Part shown: one piece after another, positions 19,289 to 27,286 of the stretch | How positions within the stretch are numbered: the stretch's first letter is position 1 | Layout of the letters: each line of letters starts with the position of its first letter | Source: Planctomycetota bacterium | GTDB lineage: Bacteria; Planctomycetota; UBA1135; GCA-002686595 | Reading direction: 5' to 3' | Length of the DNA stretch: 64,000 nt | Assembly (NCBI GenBank): GCA_038330085.1 | Contig: JBBQNP010000002.1 | Span: forward strand, 20,537 to 84,536 | Translations under genes and position numbers: made by a program | The notes under the pieces: generated by a model | What the model saw: the letters and a program-made list of their open reading frames with translations, nothing else | What the model was told of the DNA's origin: nothing | Database searches by the model: none

Positions 19289-19621
19289 GGACTTCTTCAG
19301 CCGTCCGAGCGCGTCGTCCCACAGACGTGAGATGCGATCCAAGTACGCGCGAGCATCCTCGAGCCGCTTCTCCTCCAAGCTCCAAATCCTCTCTCGCCCA
19401 CGCCGCTCGTCGCGCACGAGACCAGCCCTTGCGAGCACGTCCAGGTGCTTCGTGATGGCCTGACGCGACGAGGGCGATTTCGCGCTCAAGTGCGTGATCG
19501 ACTGTGGACCACCCGATCCCAACCTTGTGATCAGCCTGATCCGCGTCTCGTCACCCAACGCGGCGAACAGCGGCGCCGCGTCACGAACCTGTGCGACCGC
19601 AAGTGCGCTAGCCGGAGACAT
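19277..19621 (-). CDS. ArsR/SmtB family transcriptional regulator
   Basis: ORF 19277..19621(-). It has a wHTH core (LFAALGDETRIRLITRLGSGGPQSITHLSAKSPSSRQAITKHLDVLARAGLV). It overlaps the upstream SRPBCC gene by 14 nt. Confidence 0.85.
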   Translation of the reverse strand: MSPASALAVAQVRDAAPLFAALGDETRIRLITRLGSGGPQSITHLSAKSPSSRQAITKHLDVLARAGLVRDERRGRERIWSLEEKRLEDARAYLDRISRLWDDALGRLKKSVEK

Positions 19622-20066
19622 GTTTCTTGATGTTCCCGAGCTGACCGCTCCACCCGCCCGAGTTCATCCGGAACGCCTCATCCCGACGATTCGGCGGCAA
19701 CCGGTCGAATCCCGACTCCACCACCCTCACCAGCGTGCCCCCGCCTTCTTCCACCAGCGTGAACTCCACCAACGTCATCTCCTCCTTCGAGTAGTCCGCC
19801 TTCCGGTCGACCGCGTACGGATGCCATCGATACGCAAACTCCGTCTCCGGCTTTACCCGCTCGACCACCACTTCGAGCTTCACGCCCTCGTAACTCTTGA
19901 TCGTGAGGCTGCCGATCACCTTCTTGCCCACCACGAACTCTCCGTCTATCACGACGCCGAACCATTCTCCAAACGCCTTGGCGTTCGTGAGCGCGCGCCA
20001 AACCTTCGATCGGGGCGCCTGGATCTGGATCTGTTTCTCGATGCGGTCAGTGCTTGTCTTCGTCAT
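19608..20066 (-). CDS. SRPBCC superfamily protein (Aha1/activator-of-Hsp90-ATPase-like domain)
   Basis: ORF 19608..20105(-), with the start taken at MTKTSTDRIEKQIQIQAPRSKVWRALT (ATG 20066). This is the typical ArsR-associated SRPBCC partner. Confidence 0.75.
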   Translation of the reverse strand: MTKTSTDRIEKQIQIQAPRSKVWRALTNAKAFGEWFGVVIDGEFVVGKKVIGSLTIKSYEGVKLEVVVERVKPETEFAYRWHPYAVDRKADYSKEEMTLVEFTLVEEGGGTLVRVVESGFDRLPPNRRDEAFRMNSGGWSGQLGNIKKHVSG

Positions 20067-20101
20067 CCGCTTACTCCATCTCACCTTGGCAGCGACCATT
20101 C

Positions 20102-20157
20102 GCAACCATATGGTTGCATATTACCCAGCCCGCCACAACAGGCAACCCCCCGGTTGC
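20102..20157. promoter_or_regulatory. Two operator-like palindromes sharing half-site GCAACC (candidate ArsR sites)
   Basis: GCAACCATATGGTTGC (20102-20117) is a perfect 16-mer. GCAACCccccGGTTGC lies at 20142-20157. They sit 36-90 nt upstream of the SRPBCC-ArsR operon start. Confidence 0.5.
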
Positions 20158-20464
20158 ACATTCCCCTCGACCTCGCCGATCTCATCGAGGCCACGCACCA
20201 CGCCGCTACCTCATGTCCAATCCGGCCCATGTCCACTCGGGCCCACGTCCAATCCGAAACGATCCAGCCAGAGCCCGCAACCTCACACCGAGCAGCGGGG
20301 TTGTCGGGAAACGCGCGGTGCCAGGCACCCGTCGCGGGAGTACCCGCGGCGGGTTCCAGGCACCACGCGTTCCGCGGGCCGCCGGTGCGTGAACGGCACT
20401 GAGGCCAGGCTGGTCGTTCCCACGCCGCGCGAAAGAGACGGAGCGAGAGATTCCGCATCGGGCG

Positions 20465-20490
20465 CATCCATTCCGAGCTCTGCGTCGAAT
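20465..20490 (+). promoter_or_regulatory. ECF-type promoter candidate GCATCC-N16-CGAAT upstream of the SDR-DUF2867 gene
   Basis: CATCC lies at 20465-20469, followed by a 16-nt spacer and CGAAT at 20486-20490. The same bipartite motif recurs at 22563-22588(-), 22691-22716(+) and 26431-26456(+), and more weakly at 23818-23843(+). Confidence 0.55.
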
Positions 20491-20603
20491 TCCCATTCGG
20501 AGCGCGATTTCGATCGCTGCGTGCGGTCGAACCCTGAGCCGGCCCATTCGCGTCCAACCGCGGGCCCACTGCAGACTATGTGCGCGGCCACGAACGACCG
20601 ACC

Positions 20604-22109
20604 ATGGAATCGTCCCTTCCCCTCCCGTCCGAGCACCGCACGATCCTTTTGACGGGATCGACCGGGTACATCGGCGGAAAGTTGAGGCGCGCGTTCGAAG
20701 AACGCTGCCTCGCGCTGCGCTGCATGGCGCGGCGTCCGGAGTGTCTGGTCGGGCAGGTCGGGCCGCGCACCGAGGTGGTGCGTGGGGACGTGCTCGATCC
20801 CGACTCTTTGTCGACCTCGCTGCAGGGAGTGGACGTCGCTTACTACCTGATCCACTCGATGGGTTCCGACGGCGATTTCGTCGAGAACGATCGCCGCGGC
20901 GCGCGCAACTTCGCACAAGCGGCTCGACGTTGCGGCGTGCGACGCATCGTGTACCTCGGCGGCCTCGGCGATCCTGACGCTGATCTGTCCCCGCATCTGC
21001 GCAGCCGTCACGAAGTGGGCGAGATGCTGCGCTCGACGGGCGTGCCCGTCCTCGAGCTGCGCGCATCGATCGTCCTCGGATCCGGGAGCCTTTCCTTCGA
21101 GTTGATCCGCAGCTTGGTCGAGCGGCTCGCCGTCATGATCACGCCGCGTTGGGTCGACGTCCTGGCGCAGCCGATCGGGATCGACGACCTCGTGGAGTAT
21201 CTGATCGAGTCGCTCGACGTGAACATCGATGGGAGCCGCGTCGTGGAAATCGGCGGACCCGACGTCGTTTCCTACGGCAGCTTGATGCGCGAGTACGCGA
21301 ACCAACGCGGCCTCCGTCGCTACATGATCCGCGTTCCCGTGCTCACGCCGCGGCTGTCGAGCTTGTGGTTGGGTTTGGTGACGCCGCTGTACGCGCGCGT
21401 CGGGCGCAAGCTGATCGAGAGCATCCGACATCCGTCGGTGATCCGCGATCCCTCCGCCATGACGCTGTTCAAGGTACGACCGCGTTCGGTGAGCGCCGCC
21501 ATCGCGAGCGCCCTGCGGGAAGACGAGACGGAACCCACGCGTTGGAGCGACGCGCTCTCTTCGGGGGGTGAGCCCAGGAGTTGGGCCGGCGTCCGCTTCG
21601 GCAACCGCCTGGTCGATTCGCGCACGGTCGTCGTCCCTGTGTCCCCCTCCCGCGCGTTCGACCCGATCCGGCGGATCGGCGGACGCAGCGGGTGGTACGG
21701 GCTCACCTGGCTCTGGTCGGTGCGCGGCTTCCTCGACCTCCTGGTCGGAGGCGTCGGTGTGCGTCGCGGCCGAGCTCATCCCGAACGTGTGCGCGTCGGC
21801 GATGCGCTCGACTTCTGGCGTGTCGAGGAGTTCGAACCCGATCGGCGCATGAAGTTGTTCGCGGAGATGAAGGTGCCTGGACGCGCCTGGCTCGAGTTCG
21901 AGGTCGAGGGCAACGCCGAGAGTTCGACGATTCGGCAGACCGCGATCTTCGACCCGGTGGGGTTGAGCGGTCTTCTCTACTGGTACGGGATCTACCCTCT
22001 GCACGCGCTGGTGTTCGCACGCATGCTGAAGGGCATTGCGAAACGCGCCGTTCGCGACGGTGATCCGGTTCAGCGCCCCATCAACGCTTCGAGCCGTAGC
22101 GTGCGGTGA
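20604..22109 (+). CDS. NAD(P)-binding SDR/NmrA-like oxidoreductase fused to a DUF2867-like C-terminal domain
   Basis: ORF 20580..22109(+), with the start probably at MESSLPLP (20604). It has a Rossmann motif (ILLTGSTGYIGGKL). The C-terminal half (DFWRVEEFEPDRRMKLFAEMKVPGRAWLEFEV) is typical of DUF2867. Confidence 0.8.
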   Translation: MESSLPLPSEHRTILLTGSTGYIGGKLRRAFEERCLALRCMARRPECLVGQVGPRTEVVRGDVLDPDSLSTSLQGVDVAYYLIHSMGSDGDFVENDRRGARNFAQAARRCGVRRIVYLGGLGDPDADLSPHLRSRHEVGEMLRSTGVPVLELRASIVLGSGSLSFELIRSLVERLAVMITPRWVDVLAQPIGIDDLVEYLIESLDVNIDGSRVVEIGGPDVVSYGSLMREYANQRGLRRYMIRVPVLTPRLSSLWLGLVTPLYARVGRKLIESIRHPSVIRDPSAMTLFKVRPRSVSAAIASALREDETEPTRWSDALSSGGEPRSWAGVRFGNRLVDSRTVVVPVSPSRAFDPIRRIGGRSGWYGLTWLWSVRGFLDLLVGGVGVRRGRAHPERVRVGDALDFWRVEEFEPDRRMKLFAEMKVPGRAWLEFEVEGNAESSTIRQTAIFDPVGLSGLLYWYGIYPLHALVFARMLKGIAKRAVRDGDPVQRPINASSRSVR

Positions 22110-22516
22110 TCGAAGATGCGCTTGACATCCGGTCGAACGAGGAACCGGTTGACGAGCGCGCCGCCCAGCACCGAGTAGCGCACGTTGTCGCTGACGCGCG
22201 TGCGATCGCCCAAGTCCTCGAAGCGGTGTTCGTGCACCCAGCGTCGATACGGCCCGCTCAACTGCTCGTCGACGAAGCGGTGTGGCGGATCCCATTCGCG
22301 GATGAGGCTGCGCCAGCGCAACGGCAAGCCGCGCACGCGCAGGCGATATTCGATCAGCGTGCCCTCACCGATCGTCGGCGTCGAGCTCGACACGATGTGG
22401 AAGTGGAGCCAGGGCGGCGTGATCGCTTCCAGGTTGTGAGGGTCCGAAAAGAAGCGGAACACCTCCTCGCGCTTGCGCGGGACAACTTGTTCGCGCTCGA
22501 TCGAGAACTCTTTCAT
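22070..22516 (-). CDS. SRPBCC superfamily protein (polyketide cyclase/dehydrase-like)
   Basis: ORF 22070..22669(-), with the start taken at MKEFSIEREQVVPRKREEVFRFFSDPHNLEAITPPWL (ATG 22516). It converges on and overlaps the SDR gene by 40 nt. Confidence 0.75.
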   Translation of the reverse strand: MKEFSIEREQVVPRKREEVFRFFSDPHNLEAITPPWLHFHIVSSSTPTIGEGTLIEYRLRVRGLPLRWRSLIREWDPPHRFVDEQLSGPYRRWVHEHRFEDLGDRTRVSDNVRYSVLGGALVNRFLVRPDVKRIFDHRTLRLEALMGR

Positions 22517-22562
22517 CGTCGTCAGGGCGTGCCGGCAGCGATGCCTGGCGACGCGGTGAGCT

Positions 22563-22588
22563 GTTCGATCGGGAAACGAATTTGGATG
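22563..22588 (-). promoter_or_regulatory. ECF-type promoter candidate (minus strand GCATCC-N16-CGAAC) upstream of the SRPBCC gene
   Basis: The plus strand reads GTTCG(22563-67)-N16-GGATG(22584-88). The -10 element lies 46 nt upstream of ATG 22516. Confidence 0.55.
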
Positions 22589-22690
22589 CAGGCGTGTCGG
22601 AGTTTTTCCACCTGCGTCCAAGAACGAGATGGGATGCGCGCCATCCGTCATTCGCAGGTTGACCGACAACCACTTTGGTTACGCCGGCTG

Positions 22691-22716
22691 CATCCATTCC
22701 GTCTTCCGCTGCGAAC
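22691..22716 (+). promoter_or_regulatory. ECF-type promoter candidate GCATCC-N16-CGAAC upstream of the fasciclin gene
   Basis: CATCC lies at 22691-95, followed by a 16-nt spacer and CGAAC at 22712-16, 57 nt upstream of ATG 22774. The extended -35 GCATCCATTCCG is identical to the one at 20464. Confidence 0.55.
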
Positions 22717-22773
22717 ACATGTGCACGCCGCATTCAAATCTGGATCGGACACATCATCTCCAAGGAAGCTGAC

Positions 22774-23736
22774 ATGCATCTCACAGCACTCTTCAACCGC
22801 AAATTGGTCAACTGCAATCTGGTCTTCTGCACCCTGGCGCTGGCTTCGGCCTGCGCCGGGACTGGGCAAGACGCGAAGGCCTCGGCCAAGGCCATGCCGA
22901 CGGCCGTCGCGTCCGACACCAAGGACATCGTCGACACCGCGGTCGCCGCGGGCTCGTTCAAGACGCTTGCCGCCGCGCTGAAGGCCGCGGACCTGGTCGA
23001 CACGCTGAAGGGCAAGGGCCCGTTCACCGTCTTCGCTCCCACCGACGCAGCGTTCGCCGCGTTGCCCAAGGGCACGCTCGAAACCCTGCTCGAGCCGAAG
23101 AACAAGGCCACGCTGCAAGCGATCCTCACCTACCACGTCGTGTCGGGAAACATCGCCGCCTCTGACGTCGTCAAGATGAGCCAGGCGGTGACCGTCAACG
23201 GTCAACGCATCGACATCAGCGTCTCGGACGATCTCGTCCACGTCGACAAAGCCAAGGTCACGCAGACCGACATCCGCTGCTCGAACGGCATCATCCACGT
23301 GATCGACGCCGTGATGCTCCCGAGCACGAACGACATCGTCGCCACCGCCATGCAGGCCGGTCAGTTCAAGACGCTGGCCGCAGCACTACAAGCAGCCGGT
23401 CTCGTCGAGGCGCTGAAGGGCAAGGGCCCGTTCACGGTCTTCGCGCCGACGGACGAAGCGTTCGCGCGGCTGCCGGCCGCCACGCTCGCGGATCTCATGA
23501 AGCCCGAGAACAAGGATCGCCTCACCGCCATTCTAGAGTACCACGTCGTCTCCGGCCGCGTCTTCTCCGACGCCGCTGCCGCGGGCGCCACGGTCGAGAC
23601 CCTGCAGGGTGGCAAGCTGACGACTCGCAGCGAAAAGGGTGAGGTGTTCGTGAACGGGGCCCGCGTCGTGAAAGCGGACATCGACGCGTCGAACGGGGTC
23701 ATCCACGTGATCGATTCGGTCCTGTTGCCGAAGTAA
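22774..23736 (+). CDS. Secreted lipoprotein with two fasciclin (FAS1) domains (Mpt70/Mpt83-like)
   Basis: ORF 22675..23736(+), with the start taken at MHLTALFN (ATG 22774), preceded by an AAGGAAG RBS. It has a lipobox (LALASAC). The FAS1 block occurs twice (FKTLAAAL...[15 protein letters not shown]...L...YHVV.G ... NG.IHVID.V.LP). Confidence 0.9.
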   Translation: MHLTALFNRKLVNCNLVFCTLALASACAGTGQDAKASAKAMPTAVASDTKDIVDTAVAAGSFKTLAAALKAADLVDTLKGKGPFTVFAPTDAAFAALPKGTLETLLEPKNKATLQAILTYHVVSGNIAASDVVKMSQAVTVNGQRIDISVSDDLVHVDKAKVTQTDIRCSNGIIHVIDAVMLPSTNDIVATAMQAGQFKTLAAALQAAGLVEALKGKGPFTVFAPTDEAFARLPAATLADLMKPENKDRLTAILEYHVVSGRVFSDAAAAGATVETLQGGKLTTRSEKGEVFVNGARVVKADIDASNGVIHVIDSVLLPK

Positions 23737-23817
23737 GCGCCGGCGGATGGAGAGTTCAGAGATGCGCTGGCGCACCCGCGCACCTCTGGCTCTTCATGCG
23801 CGCAGACGGCCGGGAAG

Positions 23818-23843
23818 CAGTCCGCGTTCGATGCTGAGCGAAC
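23818..23843 (+). promoter_or_regulatory. Weaker variant of the same ECF-type motif upstream of the sigma gene (autoregulation candidate)
   Basis: The sequence is CAGTCC...CGAAC (CGAAC at 23839-43). The -35 matches only 3/5 with an N15/N16 ambiguity. It lies 50 nt upstream of ATG 23894. Confidence 0.3.
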
Positions 23844-23893
23844 TAGAGACTGCTTCCCTGTCCCTCCGCGCTACACTGCGCGCTCGACATCGC

Positions 23894-24460
23894 ATGAGCG
23901 ACGTCCAGCCGAACACAGACTCACTCCTGCCGCGCGTGGCGCGTGGAGACGCAGAAGCTGTGCAGGCCTGCATCGCGCGCTACGGCTCGCTCGTGTGGTC
24001 GCTGGCCCGCCGCATGTCGCGCGACGTTGCCGGGCTCGAAGACCTCGTGCAGGAGATCTTCATCGACATCTGGAAGAGCGCCGATCGCTTCGATCCGAGC
24101 CAGTCTTCCGAGACTTCTTTCATCGCGACGATCGCACGACGCCGCGTCATCGACCAGCATCGACGCACCGCGCGCGCGCAAAAGCTCGAGACCATCGACG
24201 AGAGCAGCGCCGTCGCCGAGGAGCCGGGCTTTGCGCAAGTGGACCTCGGTGACGAAGCGCGGCGCGCGAACGCAGCGCTCGACCAACTCAGACCCGAACA
24301 ACGGCGCGTGATCTTGATGTCAGTGGTCGACGGCTTGACCCATGCGGAGATCGTCACGGCAACCGGATTTCCTCTGGGCACGGTGAAGAGTCACATCCGT
24401 CGCGGTCTCGAGGAGACGGTGCGACTTCTGCGCCCCACGGCCGGAGGAGAGCAGCCGTGA
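23894..24460 (+). CDS. sigK: ECF (group IV) RNA polymerase sigma factor, SigK-like by partner and context
   Basis: ORF 23747..24460(+), with the start taken at MSDVQPNTD (ATG 23894). It has sigma-70 region 2 (DLVQEIFIDIWKSADRFD) and region 4 (RRVILMSVVDGLTHAEIVTATGFPLGTVKSHIRRG). Its stop overlaps the GTG of an RskA-type anti-sigma gene. The symbol is assigned by context only. Confidence 0.7.
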   Translation: MSDVQPNTDSLLPRVARGDAEAVQACIARYGSLVWSLARRMSRDVAGLEDLVQEIFIDIWKSADRFDPSQSSETSFIATIARRRVIDQHRRTARAQKLETIDESSAVAEEPGFAQVDLGDEARRANAALDQLRPEQRRVILMSVVDGLTHAEIVTATGFPLGTVKSHIRRGLEETVRLLRPTAGGEQP

Positions 24461-25248
24461 GCACGCGGATCATCGAATGGGACGAGCGCACGTTCGACTT
24501 GGCGCTCGAGGAGCTGACCACTGGGCTCGGGCACGAGGAACGTGACGAGCTCGTCGAGAGCGTGGATGCGGACGAGCTGCGATTGCTCGAGCAATGCGTC
24601 GTGGCGCTCGACCTCGCGGGGCTGCAACGGCTCGACGAACCGCCGGCCGAGTTGATGCTGCGGATCGAGCGCGATGCGCGCGCTCACTTCGCGCTTGCGC
24701 GCCACGCCGACCGGACGGTTCCGATTGCACCGCGTCGTGCGAAGTCGGTCATCAAGGTCAGAACAGCCATCCTGACGGGAACAAGCCTGCTGGCTGCGGC
24801 GCTCCTTCTCGCGTTCCTGTGGCTTCGCGGTGCAACGGATCGGACGAAGGAGCCCGCGGACCGCCGCGACATCCTGCTGGCCGACGCGCGAGACGTCGTG
24901 CGCGCGCCTTGGGTTGCGACCGCGGATCCGTTTGCGGGGGGAGTTCGCGGCGACGTCGTGTGGAGCGGAACACGTCAAGAGGGCTACTTGAGCTTCGCGG
25001 GCCTACCGCGCAACGACCCGCGCGCGAACCAGTACCAGCTGTGGATCTTCGACAAGTCGCGCGCCGAATGGGACGCCAAGCCCGTCGACGGCGGAGTGTT
25101 CGACGTGGGACCCGGTGGAAACGTCGTCGTGCCGATCGACGCCAAGCTCGAGATCCGTCAGCCGGCGCTCTTCGCCGTGACGCTCGAAGCTCCCGGTGGG
25201 GTCGTGGTCTCGAAGCGCGAGCACTTGCTGGCGACCGCCACGCCTTGA
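24457..25248 (+). CDS. rskA: Anti-sigma-K factor RskA-like membrane protein
   Basis: ORF 24457..25248(+), GTG start overlapping the sigma stop (GTGA). It has one TM segment (ILTGTSLLAAALLLAFLWL). The extracytoplasmic RskA signature is present (GYLSFAGLPRNDPRANQYQLWIFD ... FAVTLEAPGGVVVS). Confidence 0.75.
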   Translation: MSTRIIEWDERTFDLALEELTTGLGHEERDELVESVDADELRLLEQCVVALDLAGLQRLDEPPAELMLRIERDARAHFALARHADRTVPIAPRRAKSVIKVRTAILTGTSLLAAALLLAFLWLRGATDRTKEPADRRDILLADARDVVRAPWVATADPFAGGVRGDVVWSGTRQEGYLSFAGLPRNDPRANQYQLWIFDKSRAEWDAKPVDGGVFDVGPGGNVVVPIDAKLEIRQPALFAVTLEAPGGVVVSKREHLLATATP

Positions 25249-25303
25249 CGCCGGGTCGCGGTCTCGCCGGCTTCGTCAGAGCGCACGAAGTCAGGAGCGA
25301 ATG

Positions 25304-26350
25304 TCACGCGCCGACCAGCCGGCGACCGGTCTCGACGGCTTCACCAGCCGAAGCGGCATGGCCGTCCGCGCCGACGCGCTGCCACAGTCCGCTTCCATGC
25401 GCGAACGCCGAACCGCCTACGAGCACGCGCTGTCCGGGCCGCTCGGCACGCAAGGCCTCGATCGTGCGCGCAACCGTCGCACGCTGCTCGTCGAGCGTCG
25501 CGCTCAGCGCCACGAGGTCGGCATCGAACCGCGCGACGAACCCGACCAGGTCCGCGATCGGCACGTCCGCTCCGAGGCAGATCGACCGCCAGCCGTCCAG
25601 TTCGAAGAACGCAGCCACGACCAGGGCACCGAAATCGTGCGCATCGCGCGCGACGGAAGCGACGACGACCGTGCGCCCGTTCGACGGCGCGAGCGGAGCT
25701 TGAGCGACGACGCGCGCCATGATCTTGCGCGTGACGATCGATCCGAAGTGCTCCTCGCCTACGCCGATCTCGCCCTGGTGCCAGCGCCGTCCGAGCTCGC
25801 GTTGCGCCGGCACGAGCACGTGCGTTAGCGCGTCGCGCACCGACAAGCGGCCAGGTCCGATCGCGTCGAGCACGAGTGCGACCGCGCGACGCTCGTCCCC
25901 CGCGATGAGCGCTTCCACGTATGCGTGCGCCAGCCCACCGTGCGGACTGTTTCCCGAAAGCTCGCTGCGCGGCGGCTGGGCTGGGCGGGTCAGCTCCTGC
26001 GCTGCGCGCTCGAAGTACGCGGGCATCGGGGACCACGCCGCTTTCGGGAGAGACTCTTCGAGCACATCGCGCAGATGAGAGAGCTCCGCCTGCAGCATGG
26101 TCGCGGGCATCGCACGCGCGGCGAACGCGTCGCGCGACCACACGACATGCGCGGCGAACAGCTCAGGCGCTTCGTCCTCCAGCGCGGCAGCGAGGCTCTC
26201 GATCTGCCGACGAACGTGCGCGCGCCACGCTTCGAACGCGCCCGATGCGCCGACCTGTGGATCGGATTCCATCCATCGGCTGGTCGCCAAGCCGGCGAAG
26301 CCGTCGGCGCTCGCGCGCAAGAGGGTCGGTGTGAATGCGCTCTGGCCCAT
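25304..26350 (-). CDS. Stand-alone cobalamin (B12)-binding protein, CarH/AerR-like light-sensor module without a DNA-binding domain
   Basis: This is the C-terminal 348 aa of ORF 25304..27208(-), with the start taken at MGQSAFTPTLL (ATG 26350). The part of the ORF upstream of this is antisense to DUF1295. It has a B12-binding_2 helical bundle with Wx9EH (W190...E200-H201, nt 25748-25783). It also has a Rossmann B12 domain with DxHxxG (D236-A-H-D-F-G241, nt 25628-25645). The ~135-aa N-terminal domain is unrecognised. Confidence 0.75.
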   Translation of the reverse strand: MGQSAFTPTLLRASADGFAGLATSRWMESDPQVGASGAFEAWRAHVRRQIESLAAALEDEAPELFAAHVVWSRDAFAARAMPATMLQAELSHLRDVLEESLPKAAWSPMPAYFERAAQELTRPAQPPRSELSGNSPHGGLAHAYVEALIAGDERRAVALVLDAIGPGRLSVRDALTHVLVPAQRELGRRWHQGEIGVGEEHFGSIVTRKIMARVVAQAPLAPSNGRTVVVASVARDAHDFGALVVAAFFELDGWRSICLGADVPIADLVGFVARFDADLVALSATLDEQRATVARTIEALRAERPGQRVLVGGSAFAHGSGLWQRVGADGHAASAGEAVETGRRLVGA

Positions 26351-26416
26351 GGTGTTGCAGGCTTCACCGTGCCCTAAGCCCGTGCGGGCGTCAACGGCGG
26401 GCGGCCGCGAAGCTTT

Positions 26417-27286
26417 TTGACGGACGGGCGCATCCAGGTCGGAGCTTCGCGCGAATGCCAGCGCGTGACCACCTCCGATGCTCTGCTGCCGCTCTTCGGG
26501 CTGTGCGTCCTCGCCCTCGTGATGCTGGCCGGGTGGGCCCGGCAACGGGCGACGCGCAATGCCGGGATCGTCGATGTCCTCTGGGCTGCCGGGCTCGGCG
26601 GGCTGGCGTTGCTGTACGCCGCGCTCGCTTCGGGTTGGTTGCCGAGGCGCGTGCTCGTGGCGGTGCTGGTGGGCGCGTGGTCGTTGCGCCTGACGCTGCA
26701 CCTCGCAGCACGTGTGCGGCGCGAGCGCGAGGACGGTCGGTACGCCGAGATGCGCGCGCGCCTCGGACAGCGTTTCGATCGCACCATGCTGTGGTTCTTC
26801 CAGGCCCAAGCTCTGCTGGCGGTGCTGTTGTCGTTGGCGTTCCTGGTTCCGTGCGCGGCGAACAACACGGGCTTCACCGCGCTCGACGTGCTCGCCGTTG
26901 TTGTTTGGATCGTCGCACTCGTCGGCGAGAGCATCGCCGACCGCCAGCTGCGCGATTGGCGCGCCGATCCGTCGCACGCGGGCCGCACTTGCCGCGCTGG
27001 ACTGTGGCGGTATTCGCGCCACCCCAACTACTTCTTCGAGTGGCTGCACTGGGTCGCGTACGCGTTCCTCGCGACCGGGCTCTCGTACGGCTGGGTCGTT
27101 TGGCTCGCACCGGCAGCGATGTTGTTCCTGATCGTGCGCGTCACGGGCATTCCTCCGACCGAGGCGCAAGCGATCCGAAGCCGCGGCGACGACTACCGCG
27201 CGTACCAAGCGACGACGAGCGCGTTCTTCCCGGCGCCGCCGAAAGTCCAGTCGGTTCGATCAACCCACGTGAAGCAGGCCCCATGA
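26417..27286 (+). CDS. DUF1295 family membrane protein (steroid-5-alpha-reductase / ICMT-like fold)
   Basis: ORF 26417..27286(+), TTG start. The true start may be GTG 26465 (see the promoter entry). It is multi-TM and has the C-terminal signature GLWRYSRHPNYFFEWLHWVAYA. Its stop overlaps the next ATG (ATGA at 27283-86). Confidence 0.8.
   Translation: MTDGRIQVGASRECQRVTTSDALLPLFGLCVLALVMLAGWARQRATRNAGIVDVLWAAGLGGLALLYAALASGWLPRRVLVAVLVGAWSLRLTLHLAARVRREREDGRYAEMRARLGQRFDRTMLWFFQAQALLAVLLSLAFLVPCAANNTGFTALDVLAVVVWIVALVGESIADRQLRDWRADPSHAGRTCRAGLWRYSRHPNYFFEWLHWVAYAFLATGLSYGWVVWLAPAAMLFLIVRVTGIPPTEAQAIRSRGDDYRAYQATTSAFFPAPPKVQSVRSTHVKQAP
26431..26456 (+). promoter_or_regulatory. ECF-type promoter candidate GCATCC-N16-CGAAT upstream of / inside the 5' end of the DUF1295 ORF
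   Basis: CATCC lies at 26431-35, followed by a 16-nt spacer and CGAAT at 26452-56. This places the -10 downstream of the TTG (26417) that opens the longest ORF and 9 nt upstream of an in-frame GTG (26465). Confidence 0.5.

Noticed and set aside
26351-27208. The N-terminal 286-aa extension of ORF 25304..27208(-)
   Set aside because: The extension is antisense to the DUF1295 gene and Arg/Pro-rich. The B12 protein reads naturally from MGQSAFTP at 26350.
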